In this document: positions 45,310 to 53,337 of the stretch, piece by piece
Layout: every line of letters starts with the position of its first letter
Numbering within the stretch: position 1 is the stretch's first letter
Virus record (IMG/VR): IMGVR_UViG_3300032227_000993
Strand: one strand, 5' to 3'
Source of the DNA: a virus
Taxonomy: Duplodnaviria > Caudoviricetes
Length of the DNA stretch: 64,000 nucleotides
The notes under the pieces: model-generated
What the model was told of the DNA's origin: nothing
Seen by the model: the letters and a program-made list of their open reading frames with translations, nothing else
The model's database searches: none
Translations under genes and position numbers: made by a program

Positions 45310-46454
45310 GATTCTTTTAATAAATGACTGATAGCCGGCACCATGGCATGGACGTCAAGATCACGCTCGGCAGCTAATAATGTTGTTTGCTTTTTTAATT
45401 CATCGAGACTACTGTACGCTTGATCATTCAAACGATCTACAGCTATTTTAAAGGGATTACCCAATGAGGCGTGCCAGTTGCCCGGTACAGTATCAGCATA
45501 TTCTAAAAACTGTTCTGTAAGTTTGAGTTTTTCATCTGCCGGCAATAACGATACTGTTTGCCAAGCTGGCCAGGATATCCAATTGAAACTCATTTTCCAT
45601 GTTGGAAATTTATCTATCATGTATTGAATAATATTTTTTAAATCATAGATATTAAAGATATTCATTACTGTATGTGTTTCTAAACTGATGTTTGGATGAT
45701 TGCCCCATAAATCTTGATATTGTTGCATTACAGATTCTACCTGCTCAAATTTACTTGGCCAACGATACCAATCATTTACAGAGGCAATGCCGTCCAAACT
45801 AACTTTTAATCTAACCAATTTACATTGTTCGATCAAGCCGCTTAATTCAGCATTTGGTAATTTTGTTCCGTTGGTGGCAATGTACATAGATTCAATGTTA
45901 TCAAAGTTAATTTTTTTCATCAAATTGATAAAGCGTTTTTGTTCCATAAACGGTTCGCCACCAATAATTTTAAGTTCAGTTATTTGTGAGAGATCTTCTA
46001 ACTCTTCGATTGGATGACCATGTTCAACAAAACTACCACTAAGATTACGTCCGTGTTTAAAATCTTCAGTGGCCCAGGTAGACGAAAAAGATCTAGTGCA
46101 ACTTACGCAGGCAAGATTACACAGGTTACTAAAACTCATTTCTAAAAATTTTAACGGAGCAGCTTCAACTTTGGTGTAAGTAGCTGGATATTGATCGCGG
46201 CGTATTGTGCGTAAACTTTTAGCGCCACTTGCTTCTTCGGTGTAACAATTAGAGCACTCTTTAACAGATTCTCCGGCTAACATTTTTTGCCTGATGTTTT
46301 GCCAGCCTGGTTGGTTGCGCATATCTGGACCCATTGGGTTCTCAACAGGCCATAGGTGATATTGTTTAGGTTTGAACTTACAACAAGGAATTGAAGTACC
46401 GTCAGGGCGTACTGCTAAACTATCCCATGCCCACTGGCACATTGAGTCATTCAT
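45303..46454 (-). CDS. radical SAM/SPASM-type protein
   Basis: CNLACVSC, GGEPF, TNG, N-terminal PCC...C..C; likely start MNDSM at 46454 after AGGA. Confidence 0.85.
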   Translation of the reverse strand: MNDSMCQWAWDSLAVRPDGTSIPCCKFKPKQYHLWPVENPMGPDMRNQPGWQNIRQKMLAGESVKECSNCYTEEASGAKSLRTIRRDQYPATYTKVEAAPLKFLEMSFSNLCNLACVSCTRSFSSTWATEDFKHGRNLSGSFVEHGHPIEELEDLSQITELKIIGGEPFMEQKRFINLMKKINFDNIESMYIATNGTKLPNAELSGLIEQCKLVRLKVSLDGIASVNDWYRWPSKFEQVESVMQQYQDLWGNHPNISLETHTVMNIFNIYDLKNIIQYMIDKFPTWKMSFNWISWPAWQTVSLLPADEKLKLTEQFLEYADTVPGNWHASLGNPFKIAVDRLNDQAYSSLDELKKQTTLLAAERDLDVHAMVPAISHLLKESP

Positions 46455-46467
46455 GCTGTTCCTAATG

Positions 46468-47109
46468 TTAATTTTTTCTGAAACTAGGTGCCGACGTGTA
46501 TCCAGTTCTATCAATTTCTTCGGCTTGACTAAGTAAACCAACTTTAGTATCAATCATAGCTTTTGCCCACATTATTTGATTGCGGACAAAAATATCAATC
46601 ACATCGTCTGGATCTTTTCTACTTTTAATATCCATGCCATCATCAACAGCACTTACAAACGCATCAGGTGGAACTGTAAAACCCAAGTAGCTGGCAAATC
46701 CAAATGCCTTGGCGGCTGTAGCTTGCCAGCCATCATCGGACCCAGATACGATAATGCCAAATGTTTTACCATAGTGCGGATTAAAATTATTTTTAATCCC
46801 CCAATCATCTATGTAACCCATGCGTTCCATAAGTGCTTGTATGTAACTGCTGTATGTACCCCACCAAATAGGTGTAGCAAAAATAATACCGTCGTATTTT
46901 AGTATTTCTTTTAGAACCCAAGTCATGTCATCAGCAACGCCGTCTCTGCGTACTCGATCTACACCAGGCTCAAAATTTAAATCTCTTAAAACAATTTCAT
47001 TAACTTCGACACCGTGACGATTGAACTCAGCAATGACTCGATCAACTACCTTTTGAGTATTTGATTCTTCTGGCGGTGTTAGAGATCCATTAAGAACAAG
47101 AAATTTCAT
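46468..47109 (-). CDS. flavodoxin-like NAD(P)H-dependent FMN reductase (WrbA/SsuE family)
   Basis: LVLNGS...SNT, DGIIFATPIWWG, GKTFG. Confidence 0.85.
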   Translation of the reverse strand: MKFLVLNGSLTPPEESNTQKVVDRVIAEFNRHGVEVNEIVLRDLNFEPGVDRVRRDGVADDMTWVLKEILKYDGIIFATPIWWGTYSSYIQALMERMGYIDDWGIKNNFNPHYGKTFGIIVSGSDDGWQATAAKAFGFASYLGFTVPPDAFVSAVDDGMDIKSRKDPDDVIDIFVRNQIMWAKAMIDTKVGLLSQAEEIDRTGYTSAPSFRKN

Positions 47110-47186
47110 ACTGGTGCGTAAGGATTAAGTTTGTAGTCCTGGTCGCCTTGCTGTTCAGGATAGATTGGATATTGATTTTCATTCAT
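47106..47186 (-). CDS. 26-aa Tyr/Pro-rich peptide
   Basis: MNENQYPIYPEQQGDQDYKLNPYAPV; stop overlaps ATG of the flavodoxin-like gene (ATGA). Confidence 0.45.
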   Translation of the reverse strand: MNENQYPIYPEQQGDQDYKLNPYAPV

Positions 47187-48459
47187 CATGCGGTTCCCAA
47201 CTGTAATCTACATTAATAACAACTTTATTCTGTTTAGCATAATACGTTTTAGGATCAAAGGTATCTTTGGTTACTTTGATTCTTTTGTTTGTACCATCAT
47301 CAAAGTACACAGTCCACACATAGTATTGTCCGGCTTGTAATTCAGACTCACCTTCGTCTTCACTAAAGTGTTGTCTTTTTATGCTGTCTTTCTTTTGTTC
47401 GCGATTTTTAATAATGGTTTTGGCGTTTACTGGTTGTGCTATTCTACGTGTGATGTTGCTCAACGCATTACTCATACCTTCAGCAACATACGCGGCTTTG
47501 GCGGCAGCATAGACTTCTGGATTGGCAGTAAAGTTAGCAAAGCGAGAACCTTGTGCCACCGTCCACTCCATAAAGTTTATTGATTCATTATGTTTCTTCT
47601 TGTTAGCATTGTCCAAGTAGCCACGCTTGTTTAAGGTAGCCCAACCAATGGCTTCTGCATCTTTCTTGCTGTGGCCCAACGCTTTTTCACTCCGAGCGAT
47701 GTGTTGTTGCATACGATCAACCTTGGCGCCTTCTTCCATTTCGCTGGATTCAGCACCAAAACTTTGACCTGGCCGAGGAGCACCCGCTTGTGTTCCCTTG
47801 TAATATCCGCCAAACTTGGCACCTGTAGGATTGTGTGCGGCCTGGGCCATAGACGCTTCATCTACACCTTGTTCTTTTTTCTTGGCAATGGCAATGGCGG
47901 CCTGCTGTGCTGGGCTACCTGCTTCGTCAAGATTCAGCGGCATCAATGTAATCTTTTCTGCTTTGGCCATGTTGCCTTCGCGATACAACTTTTGCTTCCA
48001 GTTGTCGTGGAAGCGGCGAGCTTGTTCATAGTAGTCAAACTTCTTAACAGGCTTACCTGCCAAACAAACAGCGTATGGCTCTACCTTGTTGAAGTCTTGG
48101 AATCCTTCATCAGCTCTGTGTGCTCGTACATAAGCGTGCCATTGACGTGGAGTGTCGCCACCGCCGCCGTGTTCTTCTAAATCTTCTTCTGCTAAACCTA
48201 ATGCTTGTAAATTACTTGCATCTGTTGATTGATTGTGTGCTAATGTTTCAGCACCTGGTGCTTCGTCTACATTTATTTTGTAATAGTTATCACGCTCTGC
48301 TTTGGCTCGAGCGTATTCATGGCGCATAGCTTCTTTGTATTTAGGATCGTTTGATGCTTTGGCACGTGCTGTGTAATCGTCCATCTTGGCTTCTAAATCT
48401 TCAATACGACGTGCTTCAAGGTCGTCGATGGCGCCTTCAAAAATATCAAATAAATTCAT
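47179..48459 (-). CDS. late multi-module hypothetical protein
   Basis: MNLFDIFE N-terminus; modules separated by acidic DE/EE linkers. Confidence 0.7.
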   Translation of the reverse strand: MNLFDIFEGAIDDLEARRIEDLEAKMDDYTARAKASNDPKYKEAMRHEYARAKAERDNYYKINVDEAPGAETLAHNQSTDASNLQALGLAEEDLEEHGGGGDTPRQWHAYVRAHRADEGFQDFNKVEPYAVCLAGKPVKKFDYYEQARRFHDNWKQKLYREGNMAKAEKITLMPLNLDEAGSPAQQAAIAIAKKKEQGVDEASMAQAAHNPTGAKFGGYYKGTQAGAPRPGQSFGAESSEMEEGAKVDRMQQHIARSEKALGHSKKDAEAIGWATLNKRGYLDNANKKKHNESINFMEWTVAQGSRFANFTANPEVYAAAKAAYVAEGMSNALSNITRRIAQPVNAKTIIKNREQKKDSIKRQHFSEDEGESELQAGQYYVWTVYFDDGTNKRIKVTKDTFDPKTYYAKQNKVVINVDYSWEPHDE

Positions 48460-48461
48460 TT

Positions 48462-49421
48462 TTATTTCTCTTCGATGTAGTCAGCAGATTGTTCTGAAGC
48501 TAATTTTTCAGCACGATGAGCATTGTACATTTCCAATGCCATTTCTGCTTCGGCCAACGTGGCAAATTTGGTTGGCAATTCTTTGCCAGCACGTTTAATA
48601 CAGAATCCATCACGCTCGTCGCCGTGGATCTCAACCAGTACACTTCCGCCCATTTCATCCAATGGAACATTCATTGTTCTAACTGGTGCTGTGATACTTT
48701 CAGCATAAGTGGAGTTACTACCTTGTGCGTATGTAGTATCTGTTTCGCCAGCCGGAGCTTCGCCAGTTGGAGGAGTTTGATTTGGATCTTCATCTAATTC
48801 TTTACCGTGCTGTAAATCCCATACAGCATCGTGCTCGTCATCCTCCCAATCTTCAACATCTTCTTGGTCGTCGTGGAATTCAACATCACTAATGTGCATG
48901 CTTATTTCTTTACCGTATCCAAGATCAACAACCACAAACTTACCACTTGGACTAAACTCGGTAATATTACCAAACTCACCTTGATGATCATTAGGACCTA
49001 CAACACAAATACGATCACCTACTTCTAACTTCTGATGATCTTCCAGTGTCATTGGAATAGCTTCGTCGACTTCTTGTTGATTAACTTGTAGTTCTAAATC
49101 ACGTAATTCTTTTTTCTTTAAATCTAAGTCTTGTTTCTTCTTAGCAATTAAATCTCGATCTTGTTTGATTTGTTCTTCGGCACTTTTCAAGTAGTCAGCA
49201 AGACTATTTTTAACTTTAGATAGAACATCCTCTTCCATTTTATCTTCGGCAAACTCAACACCGCCGACCATGGGGATAGCCGACTCATCTCGTTTTAGAT
49301 TATTAAATAGTGCTGGTTTCTTTTGCTTTGTTGCGGTTTCAGCAATGACATTATCCTTGGGAGCAATACGCCCTTCAAGGATAGCTAATTTCTCAACAAT
49401 GCTTAAAAAGTGCTGATCCAT
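48462..49421 (-). CDS. acidic hypothetical protein with KOW/SH3-like module
   Basis: LEVGDRICVVGPNDHQGEFGNITEF...VVVDL. Confidence 0.65.
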   Translation of the reverse strand: MDQHFLSIVEKLAILEGRIAPKDNVIAETATKQKKPALFNNLKRDESAIPMVGGVEFAEDKMEEDVLSKVKNSLADYLKSAEEQIKQDRDLIAKKKQDLDLKKKELRDLELQVNQQEVDEAIPMTLEDHQKLEVGDRICVVGPNDHQGEFGNITEFSPSGKFVVVDLGYGKEISMHISDVEFHDDQEDVEDWEDDEHDAVWDLQHGKELDEDPNQTPPTGEAPAGETDTTYAQGSNSTYAESITAPVRTMNVPLDEMGGSVLVEIHGDERDGFCIKRAGKELPTKFATLAEAEMALEMYNAHRAEKLASEQSADYIEEK

Positions 49422-49422
49422 G

Positions 49423-49863
49423 TTATGCTCTGGCTACCTTTAGATAACTCTTTAATTGCCAGGAATATTTGCCATGGGCACTTTGACGTTCAGCGGCAAA
49501 GTTTGCGATGTCTTCGCGACCTTCGGCAGCGGCAGCATCAAATACTTGCTTGCTCATGCCAATCATGGTCTGTGTATCTGCGAGTAATTCTTCTAACATT
49601 AATCGGGCACGAGGAACCTTGGTCTGGTCCTGTATTTGGCTTAGTTCATTGAAGCGTGTTAGGCTTCCTGGTGCGTATTCTTCCATGGTACGGATGTATT
49701 CAGCAATGGGATCTACGGCTGAATATGCGTCTTCGTAGATTTTTTGTAAAAACTTGTGTAATTGGCCAAAGTCTGGGCCTTCTACGTTCCAATGGAACAT
49801 ATGACTCTTTAAATAGTACGAAAATGTACTGGCTAAGTAAGTTTTTAACAAATCTGCTAACAT
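49423..49863 (-). CDS. dps: Dps / ferritin-like DNA protection protein
   Basis: HMFHWNVEGPDFGQLHKFL...D.IAEYIR ferroxidase motif, H.KYSWQL. Confidence 0.9.
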   Translation of the reverse strand: MLADLLKTYLASTFSYYLKSHMFHWNVEGPDFGQLHKFLQKIYEDAYSAVDPIAEYIRTMEEYAPGSLTRFNELSQIQDQTKVPRARLMLEELLADTQTMIGMSKQVFDAAAAEGREDIANFAAERQSAHGKYSWQLKSYLKVARA

Positions 49864-50066
49864 TATTTTTTCCGTTTGTATCGTTTGTACTCTGCCGGGG
49901 TATTAGGTGTCGGATCAGAGGCCGTAGTGTATTTACCTACAAACATACTATCGGGTATTCTTCGCTGGACAGCGCCCAAAGGCATAGCAACCGTAGCTAT
50001 ACTGCCGCTACCGGTGCTTCCTGCGCTGGCATTTTCTGTTAATCCTACAATTTCAAACAGTCTCAT
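49863..50066 (-). CDS. small hypothetical protein
   Basis: MRLFEIVGLTE-NASAGST...KRKK. Confidence 0.65.
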   Translation of the reverse strand: MRLFEIVGLTENASAGSTGSGSIATVAMPLGAVQRRIPDSMFVGKYTTASDPTPNTPAEYKRYKRKK

Positions 50067-50349
50067 CTGTAATCCTAAAAGTTGTATTGTCGATTATTTC
50101 AGCAGGGCCGTAATCTACAGTTAAATCACCTATTTTTAATTCAGCCAAACAGGGCGGAACCAGTTCATAACGTAATTTGTATGTATTGGGTTCGGCTTCT
50201 ACTTGTAATTCTTCTACAAGATATTGCCCTTCCCAAACCCATGTACGTTCACTAAACAATTCATCGTTGATGTATAGACGATAGGTGGGACTTAGGCCCT
50301 CCCATTCGCAGTCTATTTTACTCAGTAATCGCACGAATGTTTTGCTCAT
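50053..50349 (-). CDS. hypothetical protein
   Basis: PTYRLYINDELFSERTW; 4 nt after TAAATA. Confidence 0.7.
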   Translation of the reverse strand: MSKTFVRLLSKIDCEWEGLSPTYRLYINDELFSERTWVWEGQYLVEELQVEAEPNTYKLRYELVPPCLAELKIGDLTVDYGPAEIIDNTTFRITDETV

Positions 50350-50368
50350 ACTGTATTTAGTGCTAATA

Positions 50369-51964
50369 TTATTTGGGGCTGGCTACTAAGCGTACATTTT
50401 GGGCTATATCGCCGCGGTATCCGTGTGTTGATTCCGGGTCATCTGCCCCGGTATTGATGGGTTTGTTTGTGCGCATATTGAATGCGTGTACATTTACAGA
50501 GCGGCCGTAGCGTTGCTCTAAGTCTTGCCATACTCGTTGGCCACCTGGACTTTGATATTTGTCGCTGACTAATGTAAGGCCTTGATTTTTAACTAACCAA
50601 GCATACAAGTCGGCAGCACGGATGGGAGCTTGTGGGCCAGCATAAATTCCAAAGATTTCAAATGCGTGTGGCTTGTTGTGCCCACTGATAGTCATTTGAC
50701 TAATGCGTGTTTTGGGATCGTACACAGAATAAGCAGAATCTTTTTTGTCGTCCCATTTGTAAACTTCGTAAGCTCCTATTCGGCCCACTTTAGTACCAAG
50801 CAGTTTTTGTTCTTTACCTGGCGGCACCGGCTTGCCTCTGTTTACCAATCCCGAGGTGTCTTGATTTTTAGGTTTGATGTTGTTATGATAAATCACTTCG
50901 CTTAACTCTCGTTCTTTATTTACACGAGCCATGTGTTGGGCATAAGTTTCTTGATCTTCTTCTGCGGACAAATCTGGTACATACGCCGGAATAGATTTAA
51001 TTCCTAATTCTCTTGCGGCCACAGCACGATGATTCCCATCAATCACCCATCCGTCATTATCTACTACAATTGGTTTATTTTTAATATCTTGTGCTGTGAT
51101 ATCACGAACATGATCGTAGTCAACGTAACTAATTTGTCCATAAGGACTGCCGTCTTTTTCAAGATGTAAACTACTAACAGGTACAGTAGTCAACTCCCAT
51201 ACAGGATGATTAGTTATTGAAGAATCAATTTTAAACTCACCTTTAGGGTGTATCTTTTTAATGTAAGACAGTATCTGCTTGCTTAACTCTTCGTTAGTCT
51301 TTTTTTTACCCGACTTCATGTTGGCGCACCAATGATACATTTTGGCACGTTCACCTGAACTATTCTTAGCCTTACGGCGTAAGTCTGTTACTGAACCTGA
51401 ACAACTGGCTCCAGCCTTTTTTACTCTACCTGGGCGACTTTTACCTTTAACTTTGCCATCAGCAAAGTTTTCGTCAATGTGTGGTTTTAAAAAAGTGTCA
51501 GCAAACTTTTTACATAACGCTTTGAGTTTAGTATTTTCTGTGATAATAGTAACAAACTTGTCTTGTGTATTTTCTTGCGTGGGATCTTTGTAGCCGCAGT
51601 AAGCAACTTTGACACCTTTGCTGTTTAACAAATCAGCACAGGATTCTTCATAGCGGCTATCCATTCTGTCCGAACATGGACTCAGCGTAGTAACTACAAT
51701 ACTGCCCTTGGGTAGTTCGCCGTACTCCGCTTCGTATTTGTCGACAGCGGCACGTTCTGCGTGTACACGATAGTCGCCATACACGTAGTTTAATCCTGTG
51801 ACCAATCTGCCAGCAGGATCAATCACAGCGGCCGCTACTGAACCATAAAAGTCTGGATTATCTTGTTTACCTTCTAAAATAATTTCGCATAGCTCGACCA
51901 GCACCGCATCTAATTGTTCGTTGCTATACTTTGTTTTAGGAACAGTAAAATCATTTAATATCAT
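50369..51964 (-). CDS. multidomain protein: CDA-fold (RibD/TadA-like) deaminase + ParB-like + GNAT-like domain
   Basis: VHAE...TTLSPC...C; KPIVV...VIDGNHRAVA; LVSDKYQSPGGQRVWQDL. Confidence 0.7.
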   Translation of the reverse strand: MILNDFTVPKTKYSNEQLDAVLVELCEIILEGKQDNPDFYGSVAAAVIDPAGRLVTGLNYVYGDYRVHAERAAVDKYEAEYGELPKGSIVVTTLSPCSDRMDSRYEESCADLLNSKGVKVAYCGYKDPTQENTQDKFVTIITENTKLKALCKKFADTFLKPHIDENFADGKVKGKSRPGRVKKAGASCSGSVTDLRRKAKNSSGERAKMYHWCANMKSGKKKTNEELSKQILSYIKKIHPKGEFKIDSSITNHPVWELTTVPVSSLHLEKDGSPYGQISYVDYDHVRDITAQDIKNKPIVVDNDGWVIDGNHRAVAARELGIKSIPAYVPDLSAEEDQETYAQHMARVNKERELSEVIYHNNIKPKNQDTSGLVNRGKPVPPGKEQKLLGTKVGRIGAYEVYKWDDKKDSAYSVYDPKTRISQMTISGHNKPHAFEIFGIYAGPQAPIRAADLYAWLVKNQGLTLVSDKYQSPGGQRVWQDLEQRYGRSVNVHAFNMRTNKPINTGADDPESTHGYRGDIAQNVRLVASPK

Positions 51965-53337
51965 TCACAATTCCAACGACGGCGTGCCTTGCAAATTGCT
52001 TTATCTGGAGTCTTGGCACAGCTGATACTGTGCATTTTCATTTGGCCTCGACTGCGTGAGCAATAACTCTTGCGACGCTTGCTGGCCTTTGAACCCTTCT
52101 TTAACTTGCTGGGTTTGGTAGTCACAGCCGTCTTCAACTTGCTACCTGGGTGTTCTCTGCGATAAGAATTAACAGCCTTTTGACTCATGCCATCTGTCTT
52201 GTCTTTCTTGTTGGCCTTTTGCCAATCTTCCATGACAGGTTGTGTGACAGCAAACACATACAATTCATCATCAGTTAGGCTTTCTAAATCTTCCCAAATT
52301 ACATCTGCGTCTACTTGATTGCGTACGGCCAGTGTGTTAATAATTGATTCGATAAGATCAAACTCTTCGGTCATAGCGTCTACTATGCCATTTTCGTGTT
52401 GGCTAACCATGTAGTCCATGACTGCCACCACCATGCCTTTGGCCTGTGATATTTTGGCTTGACACCACTCAGGTAAATTTTCGTTATCGTAAATGGCTTT
52501 TTCTAAATGTGTGCTGACCCGTTGTATTGTTTGCAGATCGTTTTTAAACATACCTGCTTCGTCGTTGTATTCAGCATTATCAATATCTTCGCCAAATCTA
52601 GCACGATAGCTGTTGGGATCCATACTGGATTTACTACCAATAACTTTGTGTCCTTCGCCGGCAAGCAACATATCGTACATCATTTTAATAATTACCAAAG
52701 GACTATTTAATTGATCTACCCGATCATAAAAGAAAGCAATTTTTTCAGGTTTCATTCGCTTAACTGGCTTGCCCTTGATTAATTCTTTGGCCCGGGCTTT
52801 TAGTGTAGGCAAATCACGAATGCGCTCTAAACTTTTTAGGTCAGCAGGTGTAAAATTATCATGTTCACCATTTATTTCTGTGCTTTCATTTTTGGCAGTC
52901 TTGGCAGCATCTTTCCAGGCCTGTGCTGTAGGTGCTTTAGGGCTGTCAGCATCTCTGCTGGTGCCGGCCTTTTTGCGTTTGTTCACGTTGTAATACAATC
53001 CGTGCTTGGCCTCTTCTTCTACACTTTCGTTAGGCACACAGTTACGCACTTGTTTGCCTGTGGTAGCACTTTTCTTTGTACCTGCCGCATGATAGCCTGA
53101 CCAGCATTTGGTAACGCCATTTGAATCCTTGGCACCTTTTTTGATCTCCATAATGCTACCATGTGTTTGACACTTGCCACAGTCGGGGCAAGTCATTTCC
53201 ATTACAGACATACTTTCATTGGTTTTTTTCTTGCCAGCACAGTGAGCCTTTTGACTAAAACCTTTGGGATGTGAGCAGTTGATACTCTTCTTGTACTTGC
53301 GACTCCATTCTTCATTTAGAATTTCATTAATTTGCAT
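51961..53337 (-). CDS. late multi-module basic/Cys-rich polyprotein-like protein
   Basis: MQINEILNE N-terminus; short basic Cys-containing modules delimited by xNE/xME/xTE. Confidence 0.7.
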   Translation of the reverse strand: MQINEILNEEWSRKYKKSINCSHPKGFSQKAHCAGKKKTNESMSVMEMTCPDCGKCQTHGSIMEIKKGAKDSNGVTKCWSGYHAAGTKKSATTGKQVRNCVPNESVEEEAKHGLYYNVNKRKKAGTSRDADSPKAPTAQAWKDAAKTAKNESTEINGEHDNFTPADLKSLERIRDLPTLKARAKELIKGKPVKRMKPEKIAFFYDRVDQLNSPLVIIKMMYDMLLAGEGHKVIGSKSSMDPNSYRARFGEDIDNAEYNDEAGMFKNDLQTIQRVSTHLEKAIYDNENLPEWCQAKISQAKGMVVAVMDYMVSQHENGIVDAMTEEFDLIESIINTLAVRNQVDADVIWEDLESLTDDELYVFAVTQPVMEDWQKANKKDKTDGMSQKAVNSYRREHPGSKLKTAVTTKPSKLKKGSKASKRRKSYCSRSRGQMKMHSISCAKTPDKAICKARRRWNCE

